In this document: positions 36,729-46,951 of the stretch, piece after piece
How positions within the stretch are numbered: the first letter of the stretch is position 1
Layout of the letters: every line of letters starts with the position of its first letter
Assembly (NCBI GenBank): GCA_919902765.1
Contig: CAKKRP010000028.1
Span: 6,743 to 70,742, forward strand
DNA: 64,000 bases
Reading direction: 5' to 3'
From: Gammaproteobacteria bacterium
GTDB taxonomy: Bacteria > Pseudomonadota > Gammaproteobacteria > S012-40
The notes under the pieces: generated by a model
The model's database searches: none
What the model saw: only the letters and a program-made list of their open reading frames with translations
Told to the model about the DNA's origin: nothing
Translations under genes and position numbers: made by a program

Positions 36729-37538
36729 CTATTTAATTTCCGCACCCGCTTTGATCGTTGCTTTATTGCGCAATCCGGTAATAAATTCACCAATAATCTT
36801 ATTTTCAACGATAATACGCACTTGTTTTTCCACGTCTTCAAACGAAGGCGGTTCGGCCTTGCGTTTGTTTTCCACTAAAATCACATGCCATCCGAAATCC
36901 GTCTGCACGGGTTTTTCGGTATATTTACCGACGGCAGTACGTGTTACCGCATCGGCTATCGGCTTCATTACTTGATTGGGCGAAAACCATCCTAAATCTC
37001 CGCCTTGCGGCCCGGACGAGCCCATGGATTTCTTTTTCGCCAACGCCGCAAAGTCCGCGCCGTTATCGAGTTCAATAATAATGCTCAACGCTTCTTTTTC
37101 CGTCTCAACCAACACATGGCGGGCGTGATATTCGGTAGATGCGGCCTCTACGATTTGCTGCTTGTATACACGTTTGAGTTCGCCCTCGCTTGGGGGATGA
37201 TCTTCCAACAATTTACGTATCCGATACCGCGTGACGATATTGCGAGTTTGTTCTTGTATTTCTAGCTGGACATCCGGGTTTTTTAATATGGCGCCGGAAT
37301 CCAAAAATATGAGTTCGCGATTAATCAACTCCTTTATCAATTTGTGGCGCTGATCGTCGGAAACCGTGTCGTTCTCAGTGCCTATGCGCATTTGGCGATA
37401 CAACTCGAAGCTATGCTTCGAAATGGCGTTCCCATTGACGACCGCGATTGGTGTGGAGACCGTCGCATCCTCGGCCTTACTCGTCACGGACGCGCCGATG
37501 AGTAACAGGCCTAACGTAAAAATGATGGGCAAATACAT
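36729..37538 (-). CDS. Parvulin-type peptidyl-prolyl cis-trans isomerase (PpiC/SurA-like)
   Basis: Signal peptide (MYLPIIFTLGLLLIGASVTS) and a PpiC rotamase domain (…ASTEYHARHVLVETEKEA…GGDLGWFSPNQVMKPIADAV…). Start moved to the internal Met so it does not overlap bolA. Confidence 0.8.
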   Translation of the reverse strand: MYLPIIFTLGLLLIGASVTSKAEDATVSTPIAVVNGNAISKHSFELYRQMRIGTENDTVSDDQRHKLIKELINRELIFLDSGAILKNPDVQLEIQEQTRNIVTRYRIRKLLEDHPPSEGELKRVYKQQIVEAASTEYHARHVLVETEKEALSIIIELDNGADFAALAKKKSMGSSGPQGGDLGWFSPNQVMKPIADAVTRTAVGKYTEKPVQTDFGWHVILVENKRKAEPPSFEDVEKQVRIIVENKIIGEFITGLRNKATIKAGAEIK

Positions 37539-37560
37539 AGAGTACCCTTGCGATGTACTA

Positions 37561-37842
37561 TTAAACACCGGTTTCTTCCGGCGTATAGGCCTTGATGCTA
37601 AGCGCGTGTATTTCTTCACGCATGGCGTCTTGCAAGGCCTCGTACACCAAACGGTGACGTTGAATTAATGATTTACCCGCGAAGGCGGTCGCCACTATTG
37701 TCACCTGAAAATGTCCACCGCCACGCGCGCTGGTGTGTCCCGCATGATGATGACTGTCGTCTACAATATCTATTTGCACGGGTTGCAATGCCGCCGTCAG
37801 GCGCTCGCGTATATATTGCGCTCTATCTTTAATAACCGTCAT
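37561..37842 (-). CDS. bolA: BolA family protein
   Basis: 93 aa with the BolA signature (…DDSHHHAGH…[26 protein letters not shown]). Confidence 0.85.
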   Translation of the reverse strand: MTVIKDRAQYIRERLTAALQPVQIDIVDDSHHHAGHTSARGGGHFQVTIVATAFAGKSLIQRHRLVYEALQDAMREEIHALSIKAYTPEETGV

Positions 37843-38141
37843 GATGGGAACACCTTTCGAAAGGGTTTAACGACGACATTTTGAAAAACGCCAGCCGCCA
37901 TATAGGGGTCTTGCGCGGCCCATGTCTGCGCAGCGTCCAAATTGGAGAATTCGGCAACAATAAGACTGCCTGTAAAGCCCGCCGGACCTGGATCTACGCT
38001 ATCTATAGCGGGAAAAGGACCCGCCAATAACAGGCGTCCTTCATTTTGCAACTGGGTCAAGCGTTCCACATGCGCCGCGCGCACGGATAAACGTTTTTGC
38101 AAACTATCTGCGGTGTCTTCACCGACTATCGCGTACAGCAT
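37839..38141 (-). CDS. yciI: YciI-like protein
   Basis: 100 aa Dabb/YciI-family fold ([28 protein letters not shown]…LLAGPF). Translationally coupled with yciB and bolA. Confidence 0.75.
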   Translation of the reverse strand: MLYAIVGEDTADSLQKRLSVRAAHVERLTQLQNEGRLLLAGPFPAIDSVDPGPAGFTGSLIVAEFSNLDAAQTWAAQDPYMAAGVFQNVVVKPFRKVFPS

Positions 38142-38698
38142 TAGGCGTCATCCTGCGTAGGATGCGTATCTTCCAGCTTTATATAGCGTGAAATATACAT
38201 CGCTTGCGCGATGGCGAAAATGGCGGTGATGCCAAGCAAACCGAACAATTTAAAATTCACCCAGGTTTCGGTATCGAAATTGTACACGACGTATAGGTTC
38301 AAAAAACCGCTTAAAATAAAAAATGTCACCCAACTTAAGTTTAATCGAGTCCACACAGTGTTTGGCAATTGCACGGCGCTGCTCATGGCGCGCTCTATCA
38401 GGGTTTTTTTACCGATAAATTGTCCCGCCAAAAAAGTGATCGCCAGTACCCAATTGACGGCGGTCGGTTTCCATTTGATAAACATCTCATCGGCTAACCA
38501 TAACGTCGCCCCGCCAAAAACGCCGATAATGCCTAGATTCACTAGATGCATGGGCTCAAAACGTTTGATTTTAATGCGCGTATAGATGACTTGTACAATG
38601 GTTGCACCCATTGCAACAGCGGTCGCCGTATAAATCCCAAAAAATTTGAAGGCGATAAAAAACAGTATGATAGGAAAGAAATCGTAAAGCAGTTTCAT
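38141..38698 (-). CDS. yciB: Intracellular septation protein A (YciB/IspZ)
   Basis: Multi-pass membrane protein beginning [28 protein letters not shown], characteristic of YciB. Start set at the internal Met (38698). The track ORF extends to 38791. Confidence 0.85.
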   Translation of the reverse strand: MKLLYDFFPIILFFIAFKFFGIYTATAVAMGATIVQVIYTRIKIKRFEPMHLVNLGIIGVFGGATLWLADEMFIKWKPTAVNWVLAITFLAGQFIGKKTLIERAMSSAVQLPNTVWTRLNLSWVTFFILSGFLNLYVVYNFDTETWVNFKLFGLLGITAIFAIAQAMYISRYIKLEDTHPTQDDA

Positions 38699-38800
38699 AG
38701 TGTGGAACTGACTCGCTGTAACGGCTAGGTAGAGCAGGCACTCTAGCTCACCGTAAGGCAAACTGCAACCGCCAAACAACGATCTGCGCAAGATGTCGCT

Positions 38801-38829
38801 TGCAAACCCTCATTCGGATGACTATAATA
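38801..38829 (+). promoter_or_regulatory. Sigma-70 promoter for tRNA-fMet with GC-rich discriminator
   Basis: TTGCAA, a 17-nt spacer, then TATAAT, followed by the GC-rich discriminator ACGCCCC. The -10 element lies about 15 nt upstream of the mature tRNA 5' end. Confidence 0.7.
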
Positions 38830-38844
38830 CGCCCCACTCGATGT

Positions 38845-38921
<77 letters not shown>

Positions 38922-38990
38922 CTTTCTTGGCTGCTGTACGCAGCGGCCTGCCGTAATAAATAGCCCGTTGCCCATGTTTCACTATGCGAA

Positions 38991-39302
38991 ATGTGCTGTG
39001 AATACAGCGGGTTATGTCGCATTCTTGGTGCTCTTTTCCGGGTTGACCGTATGCATTGCCGACCTGGCTGTGCGGCTTGTTGCACCGCGCCTTCTATGTC
39101 TTCAAGCATCCCTGGTATGCAGTTCGGTAAGCCTGCAGCCATTCCTTGCGTTCAATTGGATGAGCATGGCTTGTGTCGATTATTTGGATTGGCGACGCGT
39201 CCTGCGGTTTGCAGTTCATTTAAACCGGCGCGAGATACCTGCGGTGATACACGAGAAATGGCGCTGCAGATATTAACGATGTTAGAGAAAAATACACGTT
39301 AA
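38991..39302 (+). CDS. YkgJ-family (CxxCxxCC) cysteine-cluster protein
   Basis: Contains CRPGCAACC and a downstream C…RP…C…F pattern (LCRLFGLATRPAVCSSFKP), characteristic of the UPF0153/YkgJ putative Fe-S/Zn domain. The exact start is uncertain. Confidence 0.45.
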   Translation: MCCEYSGLCRILGALFRVDRMHCRPGCAACCTAPSMSSSIPGMQFGKPAAIPCVQLDEHGLCRLFGLATRPAVCSSFKPARDTCGDTREMALQILTMLEKNTR

Positions 39303-39307
39303 GTTCC

Positions 39308-40066
39308 TTATGCCGCGTGTTTTTGACAAAGCTGCTGAGTCAGTAGCACCGCATGGGCTTGGAGTAGCGTAATCCACCGCATGTCCAATCGCGCGCGTGG
39401 GGCGTGTATAGAAAGCGCTGCGATCGGGCCGTTGCAATCACTAATCAGCGTCGCAATACTCGCGTACCCTTGTTCAACTTCATCAAACTCACGACCATAG
39501 CCACGTTTATGTGCGCGCCGCGTCTCATGCAATAATTTTTCAACATCGGTCACAGTGGCACTGGTAAGCGCTGCAAGTCCAAAACGGGCGGCATAAACAT
39601 TGACTGCGTGTACGCCGCATTCACCCAACCACAATTTACCGCAGGCGGCAGCGTGTAAGGGCACGGCAGTACCTTCTGCCAGGTCAATCAATGGCACGCG
39701 TCCACCGCTCATGCAACTGGTAAATATTGCGTGACTTTCATTAAACCGTGCAATGCTTACTGTTTCCCCGACGGCGTCACGCACACGCTCCAAGGTATTG
39801 TGGGCCTGCACTTCTATGTCGGTGGTTGCATTTTTAACCGTACGCGCTTTCGTCCCTAGACGATAGAATCCGGTTGCCACGCGATCCACATAACCGTGAC
39901 GATGCAAGGCCTCTAAAATTCGACACGCCGTTGAACGATGTAAGTGCGTGGAGAGTGACAATTCTTTGAGCGATGCATTGTGTTGACAACGCGACAACGC
40001 GTCGATGAGCGCCATTGCGCGATCCAATACTTGTATGGATGATTGACGTTTGACGCGCTTAGTCAT
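39308..40066 (-). CDS. IclR family transcriptional regulator
   Basis: N-terminal HTH (SIQVLDRAMALIDALSRCQHNASLKELSLSTHLHRSTACRILEALHRHGYV) and a C-terminal IclR effector domain. Confidence 0.85.
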   Translation of the reverse strand: MTKRVKRQSSIQVLDRAMALIDALSRCQHNASLKELSLSTHLHRSTACRILEALHRHGYVDRVATGFYRLGTKARTVKNATTDIEVQAHNTLERVRDAVGETVSIARFNESHAIFTSCMSGGRVPLIDLAEGTAVPLHAAACGKLWLGECGVHAVNVYAARFGLAALTSATVTDVEKLLHETRRAHKRGYGREFDEVEQGYASIATLISDCNGPIAALSIHAPRARLDMRWITLLQAHAVLLTQQLCQKHAA

Positions 40067-40076
40067 GCAACCGCAT

Positions 40077-41609
40077 TCACTCCAACCATACTCGATAGCT
40101 ACGTTCGCCTAAACGCGTATCAAATACTACTTGCGGCATCAGTCCGGTATCACGGATGCGCTGTAACACAGCCTTTAAATCCAGCTCCTTGCTCGTGCGC
40201 AAATGTGTCAATACATCTTCTGGTATCAACTTTTCTAAATCTAACGCCGCCTCTGCCGGCATGCTGACCGACACCACCGGCTGATTGCGCTCTAAGACTT
40301 TAACTTTGAGGTCTTTGGCCAAATGACTAAGGGTGGGGGCGCTCCGAGTTTCAGGTACCACGGGCAATTCAAAAGTCTGCGCGTGCGCAAGCAGATTGTT
40401 GCCTACCGTTTGTTGTAAAATGTCCCACCAAGAGCCGTAAAAATGTAAGGCTTGCAGTTGATTGACAACGCCTTGAAAGGCGCGTAATAGCAATAATAAA
40501 TTCGCCGGTCCCGCCGACCTGAACCACCAGCGTTTGTCGCCCAGAAGGGTGGCAAGGTCTTCACTCAATCGCCAAAAACTCAAATGGAACGGGGCATTTT
40601 CTAAAAAAGGCCGCAACAATATCTTACTTAACATCGGCAATTGTTGCCCAATATAAGACAGTTTTTTGCCGTCAAAACCCATCGCAGCAAAACATGCCAT
40701 GGGAGATACATCTTGTTTGTGGTGCAGGGCGACAATAAGCTTTAACAATGCCAGCCGCGCCTGCTCGCCGATGGGCGCGGTACAACCGAAATCCAACAAT
40801 ACGACTTCGGGTGCGCCGTTGCGGTAACGATAAAACGAATTTCCTTGATGTGGATCGGCATGAACCTCGCCTGCCGCGAAGACGCTTTTAAACAGCGTTT
40901 TTAACAAGGTCACGCCGACTTCATGCTGCAGATGATCCGGCCATTTTAATACTTCAGTGAACTTTACACCGGACTCCCAAGATTGCACTAATACGCGATC
41001 CGTTGCATATTGTGGAAACACCTTGGGGATATGCAGACCTTGAACGCGAACGCGGTCAATGAAATACTGCTGACGAGCGGCCTCGCCGCGATAATCCAAT
41101 TCTCTGTCCATATTTTGCTTCAACTCGGTTTTATACGCGTCTAGGTCGAAGCCCCAGGTTTTGACAGGCCCTAAGCCTGGCAATAAACCCGCCAAACGCA
41201 TTTCCGCTGCTATAGAATCCGCAATGTCCGGATAGCGCACCTTCACCGCGACTTCAGTGCCGTCCAACAGCTTGGCGTGGTGTACTTGCCCCAGGGACGC
41301 CGCTGCGGCAGCCTCGTCGAATTCGGAAAATATTTCATCCAATGGCTTGCCCATGGATGTTTCAATATAGGGACCGATCAACTCCAGCGCTAGCGGTTCG
41401 ATATTGTCTAGCAATGGACGCAAGGGCGTATCATCGTCCTGCACCAATAACTGCCCGACCTTCATGGTTACGCCGCGCGCATCGGCAAAAAGATTATATA
41501 AGGCCTTTTTCGCCAGTGTACGTTCAACCTCAGTGGTCGCCGATTTTAATTTCGCGGCATTCCATCCGATGCGCAGAATTTTTAAACTGCGTTTTGCGGT
41601 TTCTAACAT
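40077..41609 (-). CDS. ABC1/UbiB-family atypical protein kinase
   Basis: ABC1 motifs are present (…ASLGQVHHAKLLDGTEVAVKVRYPDI…, …HADPHQGN…, LLDFG). 510 aa. Confidence 0.85.
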   Translation of the reverse strand: MLETAKRSLKILRIGWNAAKLKSATTEVERTLAKKALYNLFADARGVTMKVGQLLVQDDDTPLRPLLDNIEPLALELIGPYIETSMGKPLDEIFSEFDEAAAAASLGQVHHAKLLDGTEVAVKVRYPDIADSIAAEMRLAGLLPGLGPVKTWGFDLDAYKTELKQNMDRELDYRGEAARQQYFIDRVRVQGLHIPKVFPQYATDRVLVQSWESGVKFTEVLKWPDHLQHEVGVTLLKTLFKSVFAAGEVHADPHQGNSFYRYRNGAPEVVLLDFGCTAPIGEQARLALLKLIVALHHKQDVSPMACFAAMGFDGKKLSYIGQQLPMLSKILLRPFLENAPFHLSFWRLSEDLATLLGDKRWWFRSAGPANLLLLLRAFQGVVNQLQALHFYGSWWDILQQTVGNNLLAHAQTFELPVVPETRSAPTLSHLAKDLKVKVLERNQPVVSVSMPAEAALDLEKLIPEDVLTHLRTSKELDLKAVLQRIRDTGLMPQVVFDTRLGERSYRVWLE

Positions 41610-42424
41610 GCGGCTTGTTTTTTTGCGATTGCCACGCCAGGCTCGGCGGCGGGAGGCGCATAGAAAAGGCTGCTATCCAACTGCCATTGACGTGGGCCAA
41701 AATAATCAATATAGGCGCTGGTCCAATGTTGCCATAGTCGTTGCGGATCTTGTGCCCACAAAAATGATATATTCGATAAAGAATCAAATAGCGTTTGTGC
41801 GGATGCATGCCAGTCTTCTTGCACAACACCTTGCCATAACACGTCTTTTGTTTCACGACGATAGGGGTCTACAAATATGCGTACCCGTGACAGACCTAAA
41901 CTACGCTCATCCTCAATGCGCGATTCCACAATGATATCCAACCGATCACGATAGCGTCGTCCGCTGACTCGGCCCAAGCTCAGCGTGGCGCCCTCGAAAC
42001 GCGTATTTCCTTCGGTGATTTCGTGGACAAAAATGAACCCCATAATATTTTGAGTATCACGTAACAAATCGTCCACAAAGCGGCGCGTTTCATCATTCAA
42101 AACGCCATGTTGCGCCGCGAGGATCTGTGCCGCCAAGTCCAACAGGGCTTGATCTTGCATAGGCCTTAATTTGAAACTCTGAAAATTCATGACATTATAT
42201 TTATTCCAAGGACGCGACCATCCGTATTTGCGCGCACGCCGATAGGCTTCAAACGCGCTCATGACCAGGCGTAACATCAATGGTGGACGATTTTGTTGAT
42301 TCAATGTCGAAAGCGCCCAACGATACTGTTCTTCGGTGGAAATTTGAAATATTTCTGAATTATTTCCCATATATACATCCAGTCCTTGTGTTGGGGTGAG
42401 CGTATAGGCTATCGACATGCGCAT
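41603..42424 (-). CDS. Hypothetical protein co-transcribed with ABC1 kinase
   Basis: 273 aa with no recognised domain. It overlaps the downstream ABC1 kinase start by 7 nt, which indicates an operon. Confidence 0.45.
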   Translation of the reverse strand: MRMSIAYTLTPTQGLDVYMGNNSEIFQISTEEQYRWALSTLNQQNRPPLMLRLVMSAFEAYRRARKYGWSRPWNKYNVMNFQSFKLRPMQDQALLDLAAQILAAQHGVLNDETRRFVDDLLRDTQNIMGFIFVHEITEGNTRFEGATLSLGRVSGRRYRDRLDIIVESRIEDERSLGLSRVRIFVDPYRRETKDVLWQGVVQEDWHASAQTLFDSLSNISFLWAQDPQRLWQHWTSAYIDYFGPRQWQLDSSLFYAPPAAEPGVAIAKKQAAC

Positions 42425-42536
42425 GCATAGACTTGAAACACCGCTAGCAATAATTTCATAAGCAAAGTGCAGGCCATTAAGTGCTGTACGATTTGTAGCA
42501 AAAACAGTATGATAGTCATGCGTCCATCTGAGGGAT

Positions 42537-43292
42537 ATGTGTCTGAACGCAATCGAATTTCACGATGTAAAAAAGTCCTACGCGCATATTGTGGCGGTGG
42601 CGGGTGTCACGTTTTCCATCGCTCAAGGCTCGGTATCCGCCTTGTTGGGCGGTAATGGTGCAGGTAAAACGACATTATTGTCTATGCTGTTGGGGTTGGT
42701 CACCCCTACGCACGGGCAAATCCACGTGCTAGGCACCGATATGTTGCGGCATCGCTATCGTGTCTTGCCGAGGATTAGCTTTATGTCGCCTTATGTCGAT
42801 CTGCCTTTCCGTCTTACCGTGTTGCAAAATCTCACTTTTTTCGCGCAGCTATACGGCGTTTCAGATACTAATAAGCGTGTCGCAAAATTGTTAAATGAAT
42901 TGAATTTGGAACCGGTGGCGCGGCGGCATTACGGGCGTTTATCGGCGGGGCAGCGGACACGGGTTGCGCTGGCCAAGGCATTGTTAAATGCGCCGGAACT
43001 ACTGGTGCTCGACGAACCCACCGCCTCGTTAGATCCCGACACTGCGGATTTTATGCGGCGCTATTTGCTCGATTACCGACGTGAAAAAAATGCCACTATA
43101 TTGATGGCGTCGCACAATATGGTAGAAGTCGAACGTATGTGTGAGCGAGTGATTATTTTAAAAGCCGGGCGCGTTGTCGATACCGATGCGCCGACGGCCC
43201 TATTGAAAAAATACGGGCGCGAAACCTTGGAGCAAGTATTTTTAGATGTAGCCAGACACACACGTCAAGCGTCGGTAGCGCATGGAGAATAA
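42537..43292 (+). CDS. ABC transporter ATP-binding protein (ABC-2 export type)
   Basis: Walker A GGNGAGKTT, signature LSAGQRTRVALAKAL and Walker B LVLDEPTASLD are present. Confidence 0.9.
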   Translation: MCLNAIEFHDVKKSYAHIVAVAGVTFSIAQGSVSALLGGNGAGKTTLLSMLLGLVTPTHGQIHVLGTDMLRHRYRVLPRISFMSPYVDLPFRLTVLQNLTFFAQLYGVSDTNKRVAKLLNELNLEPVARRHYGRLSAGQRTRVALAKALLNAPELLVLDEPTASLDPDTADFMRRYLLDYRREKNATILMASHNMVEVERMCERVIILKAGRVVDTDAPTALLKKYGRETLEQVFLDVARHTRQASVAHGE

Positions 43293-44106
43293 TACCATGT
43301 CTCGATCCCTGCGCCTGTCCTTGTTGCGCATCTACGCGATACACAAACGACACTATTATCTTTTACGCGGTTCATGGCCGCGTATCGCCGAACTATTTTA
43401 TTGGCCCACTGTGCAAATGATTATGTGGGGTTTTATGAATCAATATCTCATGCAAAGGCCTGGCGGTGAGCTGATCGGCACCGGGATGTTGATTGCGGCG
43501 TTCTTGCTGTGGGATATCTTATTTCGCTCCCAACTTGGTGTTTCGCTGGCTTTTTTTGAAGAAATATATTCACGCAATCTGGGCTATTTATTCGTGAGTC
43601 CGTTGCGTCCGCACGAATTAGTGTGTTCGTTGCTGTCTATCGCGGTATTGCGCACCCTACTGGGTGTCGGTGTCGCCGCATGGTTGGCCACACCATTTTA
43701 TGGCTTTTCGATATTCGATATGGGGTGGGCGCTAGTCGCGTTTTTTAGTAACCTAATTTTTTTCGGATGGGCCATAGGACTGGCGGTAGTGGCCATGGTC
43801 ATGCGTTATGGTATGGGCGCGGAAAGTTTAGCATGGGCCTTGGTTTTTATCTTCGCACCGATTACCGGCGTGTATTATCCAGTCGCCATTTTACCCGCTT
43901 GGTTACAACCCATCAGTTGGTCATTGCCACCCACTTATGTATTCGAAGGATTAAGAGAACTTATTACTACCCATCAATTTAATACCGCCCATTTCTTCTA
44001 CGCGGTGTTATTAAATGCAGTATATTTATCGCTCTCCATCATTCTTTTTATGATCGCCTTTCGAATTGCGCGCAAACACGGCTTATTATTGCAAATCGGT
44101 GAATAA
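43282..44106 (+). CDS. ABC-2 family transporter permease
   Basis: 274 aa with 6 predicted TM segments, overlapping the ATPase stop. Confidence 0.75.
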   Translation: MENNTMSRSLRLSLLRIYAIHKRHYYLLRGSWPRIAELFYWPTVQMIMWGFMNQYLMQRPGGELIGTGMLIAAFLLWDILFRSQLGVSLAFFEEIYSRNLGYLFVSPLRPHELVCSLLSIAVLRTLLGVGVAAWLATPFYGFSIFDMGWALVAFFSNLIFFGWAIGLAVVAMVMRYGMGAESLAWALVFIFAPITGVYYPVAILPAWLQPISWSLPPTYVFEGLRELITTHQFNTAHFFYAVLLNAVYLSLSIILFMIAFRIARKHGLLLQIGE

Positions 44107-44184
44107 TCCGCTTGATAATTTTGACTATGTGCCCCATATTATAAGTGCCGTTGTTATGGTTTGTTTTGAAAAAGGAGCAATGTC

Positions 44185-44682
44185 ATGGCAATCGAAACAG
44201 CAAGCAAGGTAGAGGTGCGGCCGGGTGCGGAATCCAAGACACGCGCATTAAGCCCATTCGATGAATTTGAGAATTTTTTTGATAACGTATTTGGCAGAAG
44301 GAGCTGGCTGCGGCCGCTCGCATTGGCGCGGGAATGGCCCGCGCTAGAAAAATTGGACGCGCGCTTACCGAAGGTGGACGTGGTGGAACGCGATAAGGAG
44401 ATCGTAGTACGCGCAGAAGTGCCCGGCGTGGATAAAAAAGATCTCGAAATTTCTGTTACGGAAAACACCGTCACCATCAAAGGTAGCACAATGCGTCAAG
44501 AGAAGGAGGAAAAAGGGGATTATTATCGGTGTGAAATATCGCAAGGCGCGTTCGCCCGGGTAGTTGGGCTGCCTAGCGATGTCAACAGCGATGAGGCGAA
44601 GGCCAGCTTTAAAGACGGCATACTTGAAATTACCGCGCCTAAAAAACAAGCCGCCAAACGTAGGAATATCCTTGTAGAATGA
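44185..44682 (+). CDS. Hsp20/alpha-crystallin family small heat-shock protein
   Basis: Alpha-crystallin domain (VDVVERDKEIVVRAEVPGVDKKDLEISVTENTVTIKG…FARVVGLPSDVNSDEAKASFKDGILEITAPK). A good SD (AAAGGAG) precedes it. Confidence 0.9.
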   Translation: MAIETASKVEVRPGAESKTRALSPFDEFENFFDNVFGRRSWLRPLALAREWPALEKLDARLPKVDVVERDKEIVVRAEVPGVDKKDLEISVTENTVTIKGSTMRQEKEEKGDYYRCEISQGAFARVVGLPSDVNSDEAKASFKDGILEITAPKKQAAKRRNILVE

Positions 44683-44756
44683 CCTATTTACTAGCATGAA
44701 GCCTCTTGCAAGTATCTAATCTGTCCTCTATATCCATTTTTTGGTATGATTCCAAC

Positions 44757-44785
44757 GACCGGCCTAAGTGGCCGGTCTTTATTTT
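44757..44785 (+). terminator. Rho-independent terminator after hsp20
   Basis: GACCGGCC-taagt-GGCCGGTC hairpin followed by TTTATTTT. Confidence 0.75.
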
Positions 44786-44950
44786 GCAGGGTAGATGGGC
44801 TGTGGGCTTAAGACGCCTGAGTGTACCGTCGCTATTCTATGTTGAATTCGTTGCTTCAACGAACGGTGTAGGCGTTTGCCAATTCAAATAACCGGAGTAT
44901 TCGTCATTTGGATAATCCAGCATCTTATCGTTACGCATAGCCTTTAGGGA

Positions 44951-46003
44951 TTGATTGTGGATCATACATCGTATGCACGGCGCACCGGCGCGCACCGCTT
45001 GCTCAAAGTATTGGGTGTATTTTTAGCGCTTAGTTGCGGCTATTGTAATGCAGCAGACCTCGCGTTTACCGAATGGTTAACCGCGCTCAAGGCCGAGGCG
45101 CGCGAACAAGGCATTTCGGATGCGGTCTTAGAGGAGGCGTTTAAAGGTGTGGAACCTCTCCCTCGCGTCCTAGAATTAGACCGCAATCAACCAGAATTGA
45201 AATTTAATCTGGAGCAATATTTAGAGCGCGTTTTGCCCATGGATCGCATCGTTAAAGCGCGTCGGCACTACAAGGAAAATCATAAGTTACTGGTGAAAAT
45301 CGCCAAAAAATATCGCGTACAGCCTCATTATATTGTGGCGTTCTGGGGCGTTGAAAGCGATTTTGGGCGCATTACCGGAAACTTTTCCGTCATTGCGGCG
45401 CTGGCGACCTTGGCCTATGATGGGCGTCGTGCGCAATTTTTTCGTCGCGAATTGTTCAACGCCTTAAAAATTCTGAATGCAGGTCATATCTCCGCAGCGC
45501 AAATGACCGGTTCCTGGGCGGGCGCAATGGGACAAACCCAATTTATGCCATCGACATTTTTGAACTACGGCGTAGACTTTGATAACGACGGCAAAATCAA
45601 TATTTGGAACGACCTTCCGGACGCCTTTGCCTCGGCGGCGAATTATCTGCATAGTATCGGCTGGGAAGGGCAGCAGTCATGGGGGCGCGAGGTCAAATTA
45701 CCTAAGGAATTCGATCTCCAATTGGTGGATATGGAATTGAGAAAAACGGTACAAGAATGGCGTAAATTGCGCGTCCGCCGGGTAGACGGCGGGCATTTGC
45801 CCGACAGTACGCTTGAGGCGTCATTGGTGCAACCCGATGGGCCTAAGGGCCGTACTTATTTGGTATATAAAAACTATCGCATGATACTGAATTGGAATCG
45901 CTCGCACGTTTTCGCGGTAGCCGTAGGCAGCTTGGCGGATCGAGTCACCCAAACGCGCTTGCCGAAGCGCGCGCGTGGCCACCAAATCGCAGACCAACAT
46001 TAG
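44951..46003 (+). CDS. mltB: Lytic murein transglycosylase B
   Basis: Signal peptide and an SLT_2 family core including the hallmark SWAGAMGQTQFMPSTF. Confidence 0.85.
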   Translation: MIVDHTSYARRTGAHRLLKVLGVFLALSCGYCNAADLAFTEWLTALKAEAREQGISDAVLEEAFKGVEPLPRVLELDRNQPELKFNLEQYLERVLPMDRIVKARRHYKENHKLLVKIAKKYRVQPHYIVAFWGVESDFGRITGNFSVIAALATLAYDGRRAQFFRRELFNALKILNAGHISAAQMTGSWAGAMGQTQFMPSTFLNYGVDFDNDGKINIWNDLPDAFASAANYLHSIGWEGQQSWGREVKLPKEFDLQLVDMELRKTVQEWRKLRVRRVDGGHLPDSTLEASLVQPDGPKGRTYLVYKNYRMILNWNRSHVFAVAVGSLADRVTQTRLPKRARGHQIADQH

Positions 46004-46029
46004 CAGTTTGACGTAGCGCGCGAGGATTG

Positions 46030-46884
46030 TTAAACCGGCTTTTCTAATTGCGGCGCCAGGCGCACGCCCAGGGGACCACGCGGCACGTACACCGTCATTG
46101 GTTGTCCCGCGCGCACAACATCAACCGCGACGTTTTCACCCATACGACCGGTCGCCGTTAAATTGGTCAGATCCGACCAGCGAAAAATTCGACGATGATC
46201 ATAGCGAAAAATGATGTCGCCGTCTTGTATGCCCGCCGCTTGAGCCGCCGATCCCGCCAACACCGATTGCACGGCCACGCGATTTTCTTCGCCCGATAGG
46301 TATAAATATTTATCGTATGACTCATCACCGATTTCGGCACGTACTACACCGTCGCGGTCTTCCAATTTACGTCGTTCTTCGTTATACCGCGAGGTACCCA
46401 ACCAGCCCTCGCGTTGCGCTTGATTGCGCAAATAAATCTGCTGCAATTCCATTTGTTCGATACGTTGACGCAAATCCGTAATCCGGGGGGCGGGGACTCC
46501 GATGGCGATTAAGGCATTTTCAAACGCCGTTTTTTGATCATTCTGCACGGCATTTTCGCGTACCGTAGCGACTGCGTCGCGCGCCGTTTCGGTGGTGTAG
46601 GTTTTGTGTGGTGTGGCGATAGCGGATTTACCGAGCTGCGCCACCGTTTCCTCCAGATGTCTACGCGCAAGCATTTCATCTTCCAGCGCCTTTTTGAGAT
46701 TGACGATTTCTAACTGCAATTGCGCAAGATCTAACTTTTCAGATGTGCTGTCGGGTACACGCGCCACGGGCGCAGGAAGCACCGCTTGAGCGGGCGATAG
46801 CCACCACCACGCGCCCACCGCGACACCGGAAACCAAGGTGAGCAACCCTATCGTTAAGACATACTTTGAGATATTCATACGCAT
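46030..46884 (-). CDS. Membrane-anchored coiled-coil protein with C-terminal PDZ domain
   Basis: N-terminal TM (YVLTIGLLTLVSGVAVGAWWW), a coiled-coil, and a C-terminal PDZ-like segment (VQSVLAGSAAQAAGIQDGDIIFRYDHRRI…VDVVRAGQPMTVYV). Confidence 0.5.
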   Translation of the reverse strand: MRMNISKYVLTIGLLTLVSGVAVGAWWWLSPAQAVLPAPVARVPDSTSEKLDLAQLQLEIVNLKKALEDEMLARRHLEETVAQLGKSAIATPHKTYTTETARDAVATVRENAVQNDQKTAFENALIAIGVPAPRITDLRQRIEQMELQQIYLRNQAQREGWLGTSRYNEERRKLEDRDGVVRAEIGDESYDKYLYLSGEENRVAVQSVLAGSAAQAAGIQDGDIIFRYDHRRIFRWSDLTNLTATGRMGENVAVDVVRAGQPMTVYVPRGPLGVRLAPQLEKPV

Positions 46885-46951
46885 AAACCCTTGTGCTGCG
46901 TGACAAAACTGTGCGAAAACATGTATAATACCGCCATTTTACTAAGTTTGT

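Noticed and set aside
37561-37619. Apparent 59-nt overlap between the PPIase ORF start and bolA
   Set aside because: The PPIase signal peptide begins at an internal Met (MYLPIIF…, 37538). Using that start removes the overlap, so the upstream extension is unlikely to be translated.
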